Shown: piece after piece, positions 13,645-26,436 of the stretch
Layout of the letters: every line of letters starts with the position of its first letter
Numbering within the stretch: the stretch's first letter is position 1
DNA from: Octopus vulgaris
Taxonomy: Eukaryota
Direction: 5' to 3'
Assembly (NCBI GenBank): GCA_951406725.2
Contig: OX597816.1
Span: forward strand, 82,212,001 to 82,276,000
Length of the DNA stretch: 64,000 bases
Notes under the pieces: generated by a model
Database searches by the model: none
Seen by the model: the letters and a program-made list of their open reading frames with translations, nothing else
Told to the model about the DNA's origin: nothing
Made by a program: the position numbers and the translations under genes

Positions 13645-14262
13645 TACGTGGTCTGATCAGTAAGTATCTGGACTGTTGCCATAGTAATGATGCTAATGCA
13701 CACAGAATAAAGCTACTGGACACAAATTGACCTTGAACTCTGGTGTGCATGCACACTGAGTTTAATGTTCTAGCTCACATCTGCTGTTTACAGCAGGTGT
13801 CTAATGTGTGATCATTGCATTGACCATGAAAGAGAAAGTTGAGCAGAGAATCTGCATCAAATTTTGCCAAAAGCTTGGCAATACCTGCTCAGAGACCTAT
13901 GCAAAGTTTCCAAAAAATTTCTATCATTCTTGACTCAATCAAGGAGATCTTGTGCAACTGAACCTGAGTGTCTTTTTAGTCAGCTGAAATCAGTTTTGGC
14001 ACAAACTTGGCAGACACATGTCACATAACCAAATTTTCAGTGATAATGGACTGAACTGAACCATAACTAATCTCTGATAACTCACAGATGGTGATTCAAC
14101 AATTTCCCCTCACAGTTGCATGCACAGCTGTGATGTTTTTCTCAGTTCTGCTGGTTGCAGGCCTCCCAGAATGTTCATCAAAATCTGAATGACTCATACA
14201 CTTGTGTGTGACTTATACACCCCTCTCCATACACTTTCTGCAACTTTGCATAGGCCTCTGAG
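13645..14262. mobile_element. Mariner relic with internal inversion
   Basis: The plus strand has a TA-start TIR and MKEKVEQRICIKFCQKLGNTCSETYAK (13826-13908). The continuation (KLQKVYGE...SGRPATS...HVSAKFVPKL) is on the minus strand at 14262-13915. Confidence 0.8.
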
Positions 14263-14451
14263 TAAAGTTGGTGTGATAATGTTCCTGTAACTTAGCGGTT
14301 CGGCAAAAGAGACCAATAGTATAACTACTAGGCTTACAAAGAATAAGTCCTGGGTTGATTTGTTCAACTAAAGGCAGTGCTCCAGCATGGCCGCAGTCAA
14401 ATGACTGAAACAAGTAAAAGAATATATACATCATAACCATCATTATCATCA

Positions 14452-14770
14452 GTGAAGGTGCATAGCTCAGTGCTTAGAGCGTCGAGCTTACGATCATGAG
14501 CTTGTGAGTTTGTATCCCGGACCGGGCTGCATGTTGTGTTCTTGAGCAAGACACTTTATTTCACGTTGCTCCAGTTCACTCAGAAATGAGTTGTGACATC
14601 ACTGGTGCCAAGCTGTATTGGCCTTTGCCTTTCTCTGGTGACGTGGAGAGGGGAGGCTGGTATGCATGGGCGACTGCTGGTCTTCCATAAACAAACTTGC
14701 CCAGACTTGTGCCTAGGAGGGTAACTTTCTAGGTGCAATCCCATCGTCAGTCATGACCGAAAGGGGTCTC
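14452..14770 (+). mobile_element. tRNA-derived SINE family C
   Basis: tRNA-like head (tagctcagtgcttagagcg...gagtttgtatccc), followed by gtgttcttgagcaagacactttatttcac body. Confidence 0.75.
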
Positions 14771-15203
14771 AGCATCATCATCATCATGTAATGCTGGCAT
14801 GGGTTGAACAGTTTGATGGGAGCAGGCCAGCTAGAGAGCTGCAGCAGGTTCCAATTATCCGTTTTGGTATGGTTTCTATGGCTGGATGCTCTCTCTAACA
14901 TCAACCACTTTAGAGTATCTATTGTGTTCTTATGTGACACCAGCATGGGTATTTTTTATGTGACACTGGCATGTGTGCCGCTTATGTGTTACTGGTACAG
15001 ATGCCTTTTACATGACACCAGCATGGATACTTCTTGTGTGGTGCCAGCATGGCTGCTTTAGATGGCACTGGCATGAGTGCATTTTATGTGACACCAGCAC
15101 TTGCAAGCTCACAAGACAAGGACTTCTTAGCTGAGAGAGGAAGTTGAAGGCATAGCTGTAAAGGACATGCCTGTATGTATGGACAGCATAATATTATATA
15201 TTA

Positions 15204-15246
<43 letters not shown>

Positions 15247-15418
15247 TAAATATTTGTTGTGCAAGATTTTTTATGTGAAGTCGTGTGTTGAAACAGATAT
15301 TGTTATATTTCGGAATGGTCATATTGCCAGTTTAGCCAATAAAAACACACGCACTATATATTTGGTGTTATTTTGCTTCAGTGATATTTATTTTTTACAT
15401 TAATCTTAATCTTATTTC

Positions 15419-15463
15419 GGCCAAAGTTCTTTCGTCACACTCCTGTGACCGCATCAGTGGTCC
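15419..15463 (-). ncRNA. Second, inverted copy of the hammerhead-like motif
   Basis: Exact reverse complement of 18373-18417. Confidence 0.5.
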
Positions 15464-16357
15464 TTTGTTTTCTTCTCACTTACTTGTGTCTCTCCTTACT
15501 AACCGTCAGCCATTTTGTATTTCTATTGTATGTCTTCATTTGCGCATGCTTATATCTCTATGTGCGTCTATGTTTATTTAGTGTGTGGGGGGGATGCCTG
15601 TAATATTTGTATCTTCTGGTTATATACATTCTTGTAATTTGTATTTTGTTTTTGTTGTTGTTGCTTTTGTTCTAATTTTATTCATGTGTTTACATCCACC
15701 CATTATTATCATTACATATGCTTGTATGTATGTATAACAACAATATTAGTAATAATAATAATAAATCTAATCGAGAAAAAAAAAAAAAAAAAAAAGAATA
15801 TACATATACATATATATATATATACATACATATACATATACATATATATATATATACATATATACACACATATATACACATATACATATACATATATATA
15901 CACATATACATATATATAGATATTCATTTCTATTTCTTTAATTACCTGTGTATTTATTATGTTTGCAGGATCCACTATTGTCATATGTTGTGGTGTGCGC
16001 TATTGCTCCATTCTAGTTTTCTATTCAGGCTAGGTTTATTTTCTATTATATGTGTAGCTTCTGTAATTTGTCTAATTGTTGCATCTGTTCTATGTGTGGA
16101 CAATATCTTAATCTCTATGTTATTGATTGATCCCCCGTGTTCTTGTTCGGCGTGTTGGTACAGAATCGATGAGCTTTTACCTTCCTTGAGTTGTCTCCAA
16201 TGTTCATTCACCCGCTCACCAATGCTTCTTGCAGTTTCCCCTACGTATGTTACTGTCTTGTTACTGCATCGTCCCTCTATACATCTTATACTATAGACCA
16301 CATTTCTGGCTTTACAGTTCGTTTGTGGGCTAAATCTACATACAGTGCAATAGTTAT

Positions 16358-17854
16358 AAACATAATCTTAGTAGTTTCTGCCCCAGTAGATGTTTAAGAG
16401 GTAGACCGCCTACAATTACTTCTATGGCTAGGAAGACACATATAGAAAGATGGCGCGGATGGACCAGAGCCATACGGAGCCCCGCAAATGTCCATCAGGT
16501 AAAGAAAATGATCGCACATGCACTAGGAGCTAGTATAAGAGTTACCCTAAAAGGCCACACATTTAAATTTAATAATAAAATATATGCCCAGGACGAGGGG
16601 GCAGCCATCGGTGTTAGTATCGCTGGTGATGTGGCCAACCTCTTCATGGTATGGTGGGACAGAAGGCTTAAAGAATGCCTACTGCAGAAATCCATACTCG
16701 TAAACATGTACTCTCGCTATGTTGATGATATCAATATAGTAGTAAAGGCACCCCCACAAGAAAGTACTGTTGATATAGTAATAGAAACTAATACTATGGA
16801 GAGCATCCAGCAAATAGCTAACTCCATCCACCAGAGTATTAAGGTCACAATAGACTACCCCACTAAACACCCCAACCATAGACTACCAGTACTAGACACT
16901 GAACTCTGGCTAGAAATTGTGAAAAATAAAACCCAAATCCTTCATTCATACTATGCAAAACCTATGGCCTCAAAATACCTGATCCACCGGAACTCAGCCA
17001 TTGCGGGCAATGCCAAATTCAATATTTTGATGGCAGACCTCGTCAGAATAATGAGAAATGTGTCACGCATGTGCGAGCCTACAGAATTAAAGAGACACAT
17101 ACAGTATTTCATTCACCGCATGCAGTTCTCAGGTTACAGCCATAAAGAAAGGATCAGAGTATACAAAGGAGCCATGAAGAAATTTGATAATATATTATGT
17201 AATGATAGGAATGGGATTTGCCCACTCTATAGGAACAAGTCATGGAACACTATAGAAAGGACAAAAAAGAAAATAAGGAAGGCCAACTCTTGGTATGATA
17301 GCCATAAATACCAGAGTGTCATGTTCGTTGACACCACCCCTGGAGGTGAACTAGCGTACCGCTTTAGAAGGACCCTAGATAAACTTAAACTAAGAATTAA
17401 GGTTGTTGAAAAGCCAGGCAACCCTATCAGATCTATAATTGGTAGAACCTATCCTTTTAGTAGAACTCTCTGTACGGATAACTATTGCACTGTATGTAGA
17501 TTTAGCCCACAAACGAACTGTAAAGCCAGAAATGTGGTCTATAGTATAAGATGTATAGAGGGACGATGCAGTAACAAGACAGTAACATACGTAGGGGAAA
17601 CTGCAAGAAGCATTGGTGAGCGGGTGAATGAACATTGGAGACAACTCAAGGAAGGTAAAAGCTCATCGATTCTGTACCAACACGCCGAACAAGAACACGG
17701 GGGATCAATCAATAACATAGAGATTAAGATATTGTCCACACATAGAACAGATGCAACAATTAGACAAATTACAGAAGCTACACATATAATAGAAAATAAA
17801 CCTAGCCTGAATAGAAAACTAGAATGGAGCAATAGCGCACACCACAACATATGA
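16358..17854 (+). CDS. Penelope-like element ORF, 5'-truncated: RT C-terminal half + Cys linker + GIY-YIG endonuclease
   Basis: The frame is open from the inversion junction at 16358 ([23 protein letters not shown]...). Motifs: GAAIG, RYVDD, LPVLD, YAKP; linker CTDNYCTVC; [14 protein letters not shown]...YVGETAR..ERVNEH, H..QEH, R.ITEA..I..NKPSLN. Confidence 0.93.
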   Translation, partial: KHNLSSFCPSRCLRGRPPTITSMARKTHIERWRGWTRAIRSPANVHQVKKMIAHALGASIRVTLKGHTFKFNNKIYAQDEGAAIGVSIAGDVANLFMVWWDRRLKECLLQKSILVNMYSRYVDDINIVVKAPPQESTVDIVIETNTMESIQQIANSIHQSIKVTIDYPTKHPNHRLPVLDTELWLEIVKNKTQILHSYYAKPMASKYLIHRNSAIAGNAKFNILMADLVRIMRNVSRMCEPTELKRHIQYFIHRMQFSGYSHKERIRVYKGAMKKFDNILCNDRNGICPLYRNKSWNTIERTKKKIRKANSWYDSHKYQSVMFVDTTPGGELAYRFRRTLDKLKLRIKVVEKPGNPIRSIIGRTYPFSRTLCTDNYCTVCRFSPQTNCKARNVVYSIRCIEGRCSNKTVTYVGETARSIGERVNEHWRQLKEGKSSSILYQHAEQEHGGSINNIEIKILSTHRTDATIRQITEATHIIENKPSLNRKLEWSNSAHHNI

Positions 17855-17960
17855 CAATAGTGGATCCTGCAAACATAATAAATACACAGGTAATTAAAGA
17901 AATAGAAATGAATATCTATATATATGTATATGTGTATATATATGTATATGTATATGTGTA

Positions 17961-18005
<45 letters not shown>

Positions 18006-18372
18006 GTATGTATATATATATATATGTATATGTATATTCTTTTTTTTTTTTTTTTTTCTCGATTAGATTTATTATTATTATTACTAATATTGTTGTTATA
18101 CATACATACAAGCATATGTAATGATAATAATGGGTGGATGTAAACACATGAATAAAATTAGAACAAAAGCAACAACAACAAAAACAAAATACAAATTACA
18201 AGAATGTATATAACCAGAAGATACAAATATTACAGGCATCCCCCCCCACACACACTAAATAAACATAGACGCACATAGAGATATAAGCATGCGCAAATGA
18301 AGACATACAATAGAAATACAAAATGGCTGACGGTTAGTAAGGAGAGACACAAGTAAGTGAGAAGAAAACAAA

Positions 18373-18417
18373 GGACCACTGATGCGGTCACAGGAGTGTG
18401 ACGAAAGAACTTTGGCC
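18373..18417 (+). ncRNA. Atypical minimal type-I hammerhead-like ribozyme motif in the PLE pseudo-LTR
   Basis: GGACCA-CUGAUGCG-GUCACA(GGAG)UGUGAC-GAAA-GAAC-UU-UGGCC. Perfect 6-bp stem II, GAAA core, very short stem III, bulged stem I. The core deviates from CUGANGA. Confidence 0.5.
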
Positions 18418-18531
18418 GAAATAAGATTAAGATTAATGTAAAAAATAAATATCACTGAAGCAAAATAACACCAAATATATAGTGCGTGTGTTTTTATTGG
18501 CTAAACTGGCAATATGACCATTCCGAAATAT

Positions 18532-18584
<53 letters not shown>

Positions 18585-20169
18585 AAACTAAAACTGGAAG
18601 TTTGTCTTGTGACTTGAGTTTCAGTTTCAATAAACTACTATATCCTTTATAGCATGTATTGAGCACTCCTTTCTCAAACATTCATCATTAAGCAGCACAC
18701 ACACACACAACATTATATATACACATACATAAACACAGATGAAATTAAATAAAAATTAGAGTAAACATACCACTAAGTCTTTTGAAACTTAATTCAATGT
18801 TTATTGTTGTTGAGCACAAGAGTAAAATTGATGGTGGAGGACTATAATCAAAATCATTCCAGTCATGACCATTTCATCTGTTTTTCCAAATTGTGTGTAT
18901 AGAATTGCATTGTGTTCTTCCCCTTTTGAAGACAGTATGGTGTGATTTGAGAAGTATTTCTAGCAGGCTGAATGACCATGTAGAAGTTTACCTTTAGCTT
19001 CAGACATTTTGTGTGTGTTTGTGTGTGTGAGTGTGTGTGTGTGCGCGTGCACGCGTGCATGCATGCATGTATGTGTGTGTGTGTATGTGGTGATGGGTCC
19101 ACTTTTTTTCACACTTCTTTGTGTGTGGTTGTTTTTGTTGGAACAACTGATTTTACAGTTGGATGCTTTCTCTAACACTAACCAATCAACCATGAAGTAG
19201 GAAGTAAAATCTCTCTCTCTTTGTCAATTATGCAGACTGAAGATGTTTTCTTGCTCTTAGAAATAACACAAAGGCTGTAGTACTCCACCACCTTAACATC
19301 ACAGCTTTTGTGTCGATAATTAATTTTAATATATATCATCTTGTCTCTATGCCTATCTCTCTCTACATATGTATATATATGTATTTATGTGCGCACATAT
19401 GTACATATGTATGTATGTGTGTTTAAATGTATGTCTCTTAAATTTTTTTATTTATTAGAATTCTTCTGAAGAGTGAGCTGTTTTCCAATGAAGCAACAAA
19501 AGCTCTGTTACTGGAATTTAGATAACAACAATGATAATTGTTAAATACTGAACTTTAGGAAAATCTTGTTATATTTTTATTGTTCCACTTACAGATTGTA
19601 TCTGTAAAGCGTGTATTAACTGGCTTCTTTCTTTACCAGAAAATCCTAGCTTCTCCAGATTGTCACTTAGATATTTACTAACATAACCAAATGCACCAAT
19701 GATTATTGATATAAATGTGAATTTATAATCAGGTTAAGGGAGTTGCAGGTTTCAAAGCTGCTGTCTGTGAATATTTTCCTCCCTGCTGATTTCGGAAAAT
19801 ATATTCATGCATTACTCTTGTTTCTCCCTGCCAGACTACCCCTACAGCCTAATGCCATTTTGTTATCTTTTTCTCCTTTTTTGTACATGCTCCTATGTAC
19901 CCGGTTTGGTACTCACTGTATTCCCTTTCCTTTCCCCTCTCTTCTACTCTCTTTTCACAGTCTTGTGAACTCCCTGCTCACACACCCTGTCCTATCCTCT
20001 CTACCATTCCACTTACATTCGTCTCCCTGTAGCTTGAGGGTATGCCCTGACACATCTTCACCACCATCTTCTCCCTCTCTCCTCCAACTGCTGTAGCCAT
20101 GCATTAGTGTGTTTGAGAAGTAATTGTGTTTTACCAATTCTTTACTGTTCAGCAGGTGTTGTCTGCATA

Positions 20170-20615
20170 ATACAGTGTGACATTCAAAGGCTGTTTGGAC
20201 TGACCTTATGCCTCTACTGCCATCACTTCATTTCACACAACTCCTATCAGTGTCACTGTTAACGTGGATGTTGCCAGTGGTGGTCAGTACCTTCCTAATT
20301 TTGATGTCCAGGATGCAAATCTCATCAAGTGTCCAGTCCAATATCCCAAATGTTGGCACCAACACTGGCACCGCAGAAGCATTGTGGGATATGATCTTGT
20401 TACATGCAGACAGCCCTGAGTTCCATATTCCAGAGTCTACAAAACTACTCTTTTGTTATTCTGGCTTTAGTCACAGCACCAACATATGCATCATTCCCAT
20501 TGATTCTAATATTCTTATAGTTTTCACCATTAGAGATAAGGAAGATAGACAAGCCATTGATATACATATTCTCTGTCTGGTTGGCAATCATGTGTGAGCA
20601 TTTGTCTGGCCCAAA
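20170..20615 (-). mobile_element. R4/Dong-type LINE relic (RT thumb region)
   Basis: Minus-strand translation NKIISHNASAVPVLVPTFGILDWTLDEICILDIKIRKVLTTTGNIHVNSDTDR...GSRGIRSV resembles the R4/Dong consensus NKI.AIN..AVP...FGI..W...LD.K.RK....H..SD.DRLY..R..GGRGL. Confidence 0.75.
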
Positions 20616-21215
20616 CTCCATTCTTATGTCTAATGAGAATTTAATTTTGTGACTAGTTTTAATTGTCTCTCGGTGTTGTCCATGTTATTAGGATATAACT
20701 TTAGGTCAACAAAAAATGTGTGGGTGATGTTAATTTTATTCTTTTCAGTATATCCCAGCATGTAGCCTTGGCATTTTGAGTGCGTGTGTGGGGGATATGC
20801 ATGCATGTGTCTATGTGTTTATGTATGTAAAAACTGAAATACAAGAGAATTTGATTTCTAAGAAGAAAAGAAAAAGAAGCATATAGTATAATCTATTTAG
20901 CATGAGGATAGACATTATTTCATATAACACAGGTGAAAAAGACAGAACGGCAAGTGTGCATCTCTCTAATTAACAAACAATTCTATGAAAACCTCAATTT
21001 CCATCATTTGTTCAATGAAGCAGAAAACTGAGCTTCAGTTGCAAGTCAAATCTTTCCAACATTGTAAACAAATACAACACAAAAATCTTACAGACATTTT
21101 AATAACCATTATGAAACTGACATAATATAGACTTCTGCCTCTGAAGAAATAATAATTCTGAAGGAAGCATATGCATACATACATGCAAACATACATACAA
21201 ACATATACACATACA

Positions 21216-21246
<31 letters not shown>

Positions 21247-21564
21247 GTACATACATATACATGCATATACACACACATACATGCACATACATACATAGAT
21301 CATCGTTATCATCATCATCATCATCGTTTTTAAGCCTGCTTTTCCATGCTTGCATAGGTTGTGTGGAGTTTACTGAGTTAGATTTTTTACAGCTGGATAC
21401 TCTTCCTGTTGCCAGCATCGATATGTTTCCAAGCAAGGTGATGTTTCCCCATGATCAGACATACTCTTGCAGAATATTGGAAATGAATGATTCATTTACA
21501 ACAGCCAAGAAATGTCAAGAAAAAGAGATGCAAACATACACACACTCACCCATACTTACAGATA

Positions 21565-22292
21565 TACAGGGTGTGATGGGTAAATTGTCACCATTTTATA
21601 TTTTTAATTTCACACATATGAATTGTTTGTTTTTGATATTGTCAATTACACAGTGTAGTAGGGTCAGTTGGGCACCATCTGTGAGAAAAACAGCTCTATG
21701 ATGCAATTCATTCTGCCAGAAATTTGAAAACAACCTGCTGTACCACTTGGCATTCACATTGGAAGCCCCAATACATATGTTTCAGGACAGATTGTCCCCA
21801 AAACGAGTGATAAAAATAAAACATCCAGTCAACATCATGGTGTTTGGAGTCATCACTAGTGATGGTGACATTATGCCTCCATTTATCTTCCCTCACAGCC
21901 TCAGACTCAACATGGAGGCCTACATCAAGTACCTGAAGGAGGTAGTGCTGCCCTAGGTCAAGAGGGTGGCTGCTGGAAGACCTTATGTCTGGCAATAGGA
22001 CTCTGCACCATGCCACACAAACAGGAGAACTCAGTTATGGCTGTCAGACAATTTCTGTGACCACATCGCCCCTAACATCTGGCCACCTAACTCCCCAGAC
22101 TACAACCCTCTTGATTATTATGTGTGGGGTGCAGTTGAGTGAGAGACCAACAAATCTTGTAATACCAAAGATGAACTGAAGGCAAGGATTATGGCAACAT
22201 TCACCAACTTAAACATGGAGACTATCCAGAAGAGTTGCAAGAGATTCTGAAAATACCTGGAAGCTGTGGTTGAAGCCAATGGTGATTTTATT
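21565..22292 (+). mobile_element. Internally deleted Tc1/mariner maT (DD37D) transposon relic
   Basis: TA-CAGGGTG start. Decayed transposase IMVFGVITSDG...DSAPCH...WPPNSPDYNPLDYYVWG, with 37 residues between the last two Asp. Confidence 0.85.
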
Positions 22293-22349
22293 GATAAACT
22301 TGTGTGTGGATCTGGTAGCTGGAAACTGAAAAAAGTCCATCATGTACAC

Positions 22350-22389
<40 letters not shown>

Positions 22390-22729
22390 TTCCCCAGTCT
22401 CCACATGTGTTCACTTACTGATTGTGAACTGATAATATTTGTTTGTAGTCCACTGCAAAAGCATAGCCAGGCTTCTTGACATATTTCAACATATATGATC
22501 TTCATTTACAAAGGTCACATATGGTGTCATTTGTTTCAAGTTCTTGTAACTACTTCTGTAAATGCATGACAGAAATTACTTCACTAGGAAACAAATGGTA
22601 GTCAGCAACAGAAGGAATATCCAACTATAGAAATACCCTGCCCCAACAAACTCTCATCTGATGCACGCAAGCATGGAAAAGTAGACATTAAAATGGTGAT
22701 GATGATGATGATGATATACATACTCTCTC

Positions 22730-22766
<37 letters not shown>

Positions 22767-22864
22767 TACATGCTTGTATACATATATATGTATGTATGCA
22801 TGTATGTACATATTGTTAAAAACAAATCTTGTGCAAGCCTTCATTTGGCTAATAGGCATTTATG

Positions 22865-23472
22865 GTTCTCACAGAGGCAATGACAGAAGACCAAGACCTT
22901 TGGAGATATGCTGTGATTGAGAAGGCAACTAAAGTGAGATCATATCCATGGCTGATGCCAGTGTTGCATGTCCAGCCCATTTAAGAGTACCCTTGATTCG
23001 TCGGGTAATATGATATGCTTGAAAAGACCTGTTGAGTCAAGTAAAACCAAAAATCATAGCTGTGGCCAGTGCCCCCGACTGGCTCCCATTCTGGTGGCAC
23101 ATAAAAAGCACCATCTGAACATGGTCAATGCCAGATCCGCCTGACTGGCTCCCATGCCGGTGGCATGTAAAAAGCACCATCCAAATGTGGCCAATGCCAG
23201 TACCCCTTGACTGGCTCCCATGCTGGTGACACATAAAAAGCACTATCCAAACGTGATCAATGCTAGGCCCGCTTAACTGGCTCCCATACTAGTGACACGT
23301 AAAAAGCACCCACTATGCTCTTGGAGTGGTTGGCATTAGGAAAGCACTCAGTTGTGGAAACATTGCCATTCAGAGTGGAGCCTGGTGCAGCCACTGGCTC
23401 TCCAGACCTCAGTCAAACAGTCCAACCCATGCCAGCATGGAAAACAGATGTTAAACGATGATGATGATGATG
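22865..23472 (+). mobile_element. RTE 3' fragment with ~5 x 60-bp tandem units and (GAT)n tail
   Basis: Degenerate ORF end (gacctttggagatatgctgtg), repeated ggcacataaaaagcaccatc units and the conserved 3' end. Confidence 0.85.
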
Positions 23473-25544
23473 AAATGTGGATTTTGAGCAAATTTGAAGA
23501 GAATATAATCAATGCATTTGAAATGTAAGTGTACAAGAGAATGTGCTGAGTCTCTTATCAAACAAATAAACAAATAAACAAATAAATCGGTGTTACAAGT
23601 AGGTAAAAGATGACAACTCATGAACATTGTTGAGAAACAAAAACTCATCTATTATGGCTGTATTCAAAGTGGTAGTCTGGAAAGCATTATCATTGAAGGA
23701 AGAGTTGAGGGCAGTAGATCAAGAGCAGGCAAAGAATAGAATGAATGAATAATATCACAAGTTGACTCCACACAAATGAGAAAGCGACTGGAGAACTTGC
23801 ACTAAATAAGGAAGACTTTCATTGTAATGTCATCAACATTACAATGAATGCAGGCATATGATACATGATGATGCTGCAGCTTATTAAATTCAATGCACAA
23901 GCATTGGTCAATCTGAAACTGCAGTAAAAGACAATTGCAGAAATGCAGGGCTGTGAAATCAAACTCAGAGCCACAAGGATATGTGACAAAAGAATTAACT
24001 TTTGTCAAAACCTGATTAGATCAAAAGGATTTTTTTTATCACTCCTCTATAGAACAAACCAATACAGTATTGATATTTATTTGGAAATCATAAGAGTGTT
24101 AGAATGTAAAACATTTAAAGATAAATTTCAGCTGAATTCAGTACATTTATAAATAGATTCAAGGAACTGTAGTCTTAGCAACACAAGGAAACTTCAAATA
24201 ATGTTTCATACTTTCTCTGATATTCAGAAATATTAATCATCTCAATCTATCAATAGGTTACACATTTTTATTGAAGATTATTAGACTTAAGATCAGTCCC
24301 TACTTTTAATAATGTTAGTCATTTGAGGTATGAATTCTTCTACAGTTCAAGAATCATCATCATTTTGAATGTGTCCCCCCCCCCCACCCATGCTGGTATG
24401 GATTGGAAGGGTCTTGCTACCCATCAAGGTTCTAAATCATCTAACACACAGTAACAGAGAAAACCCATACTTGTCATTATGTTGTGTTTACAGCATGACT
24501 TTTATGGCTGGATGTCCTTCTAATCTTGAACCACTTTACAGCATGGACTGAGTCACTTTATTGTATCTCTGGCACTACAGAAGTTGTCTCTGTCAAAACT
24601 AAAGAGTTCTATTTACTCTTCATTGTTTCCATTTGCTCCTCCCTTTTCATGTATATGTTAGTAAAACACTTCATTTTAATCTGATATCTACAAATATAGT
24701 TTGATTGTTGAAAATGGTACAACTTTCTTGAAACAGAAAGAGAATATGGATGACCTAATTAAACTGAAGGGTTAAAAAAAATAATGATATGATGAAAACT
24801 AGTTTGTAATATGAAGATAAAATTATCTGCTTTAAGTGTGCTATTCTATTCTAATCACATATTCTAAGGAGCTAATGACTAGCAGATAGCTTTGGGTCAT
24901 GGGCTATAAATAGACAGCATATCATTAGATTTAGTAATGATGTTCTCTTAACTTATGGAATTTACATAAAAAGCCTGCAGGTGATGGCAAGTGTTTCACT
25001 ACTTTCTAATCATCTCACAGTATATAGGATTGATATTTTAAAAACTGTGTATTAAAGAAGATCTAATGTTTTTTAGGTAACACAGTGATTTCAGATGATA
25101 TAAACAAATGTTTGTTATCTCTTCTATGAACAGAAACAGTTTGGACCTAGTTCAATTCCTCAGTAGAAGTCAAGTGCCTAACCTTGTCTGCTAATTGGGA
25201 GATACACAGTTTATAATTATCTAAATGTTGTTGCTTCAGTAAATCAGTTGGCCTGCCGAAAATAAATAATACTTTGCTGGTCATTTCTTCAATTAGTTTA
25301 ATAAATCTTCCATTGATCAATTGAATGATTTACTTTTTGAGTTAATGAGTGATATTGTTGAGTATTCCACTGACATGTTGCCTTTAATGTAATTCTCAGG
25401 GAGAAACTGCATGACTTTTGAATTGCAGGTACAATCCATCCAGTGAGCTTCTATCCAGTCTCACTTACATGGCTTGGGTTGACGCAAGGCTTTGGTTGAC
25501 CATGCTGTATCCATACATTCAATTAATTGATATCACTCACTATA

Positions 25545-25915
25545 TTCACTGAGGTCAACTTTGCCTTTCATCCTTTCAGGATTGATACAATAAGCACAAG
25601 TTGAGCAATGGGATCAATGTAACTGACTTAACCCCTTCCCCAAAACTGCTGGCCTTGTGCCGAAATTTGAAACCAATATCACTCTATACTAAAAGGTAGT
25701 GAGCTTGCAGAACCATTAGCATGCTGGGCAAAATGCCTTGTGGCATTTCATGTCATTACATTCTGAGTTCAAATTCCAGTGAGGTTGATTTTGCCTTTCT
25801 TCCTTTCAGAGTTGATAAAATAAGTACCAGTTGAGCACTGGGGTTGATGTAATCAACTTACCCCTTCCCTCAAAATCAATGGCCTTGAGCCAAAATTTGA
25901 AACTAATATTACTCT
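25545..25915 (+). mobile_element. SINE family B, one partial plus one full copy in tandem
   Basis: Two successive matches to the 1384-1595 sequence. Confidence 0.8.
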
Positions 25916-26436
25916 AGACTGTTGAAGAGACACTTGACACTGGAAATATAAAATATGTCGATATTTATCCAGAACTACAGTGCAGTGACTAAAACACGTT
26001 AATCTAATGCACATTCAAAAACTATATACTGTGTTACTGTTATAACTAATTGAATAAGTAGCCAACAAAACACTATCTCTGAGATTTAGATCAACTTATT
26101 TACTTCAGTAAGTACAAGGGCAGTGTTAGAGAGAGAGAGCACAAGCATTTAAAATGTGTCAAAGCCATGTAAATTCAGAGAAACTCCATATATGTCATAA
26201 TCATTTTATTTTAAAAAGAAGGAACTAATTAGGATTTTCCAACATATGACAGATGACAATCAGCTATTCTTTCCAGAGAGTTTTTGGATACAATGAAGAA
26301 TAACAGGAAGTTCTAGAGAGTTTGTTGGTGTCCATGCATTAAGAGCAGTCAGATTGATAAAGAACACTCAGTTTAAGGGAGGCTGTTGTTGACCAGATTA
26401 GTAACTGCAGCAGAAAGCTTACATCAGTAACACATA

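Larger units (their letters stand above)
15243..18539 (+). mobile_element. Penelope-like retroelement (Neptune/Nematis-type architecture) with inverted 5' pseudo-LTR, inserted in (TA)n
   Basis: RT plus C-terminal GIY-YIG ORF. 15297-16357 is the reverse complement of 17478-18539. Both outer ends abut (TA)n runs. Confidence 0.9.
15297..18539. repeat. ~1.06 kb near-perfect inverted repeat (arms 15297-16357 and 17478-18539, 1120-bp spacer)
   Basis: Mirror ORFs in the track are identical (15381-15581+ vs 18255-18455-; 15981-16301- vs the end of 16424-17854+). The differences I saw are confined to the internal poly-A and (TA/CA)n tracts. Confidence 0.97.

Noticed and set aside
15686-16397. ORFs of up to 192 aa on either strand, including a 106-aa GIY-YIG ORF at 15981-16301
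   Set aside because: They are by-products of the inverted PLE arm and its microsatellite. The GIY-YIG ORF is an exact copy of the main ORF's end, not a separate gene.
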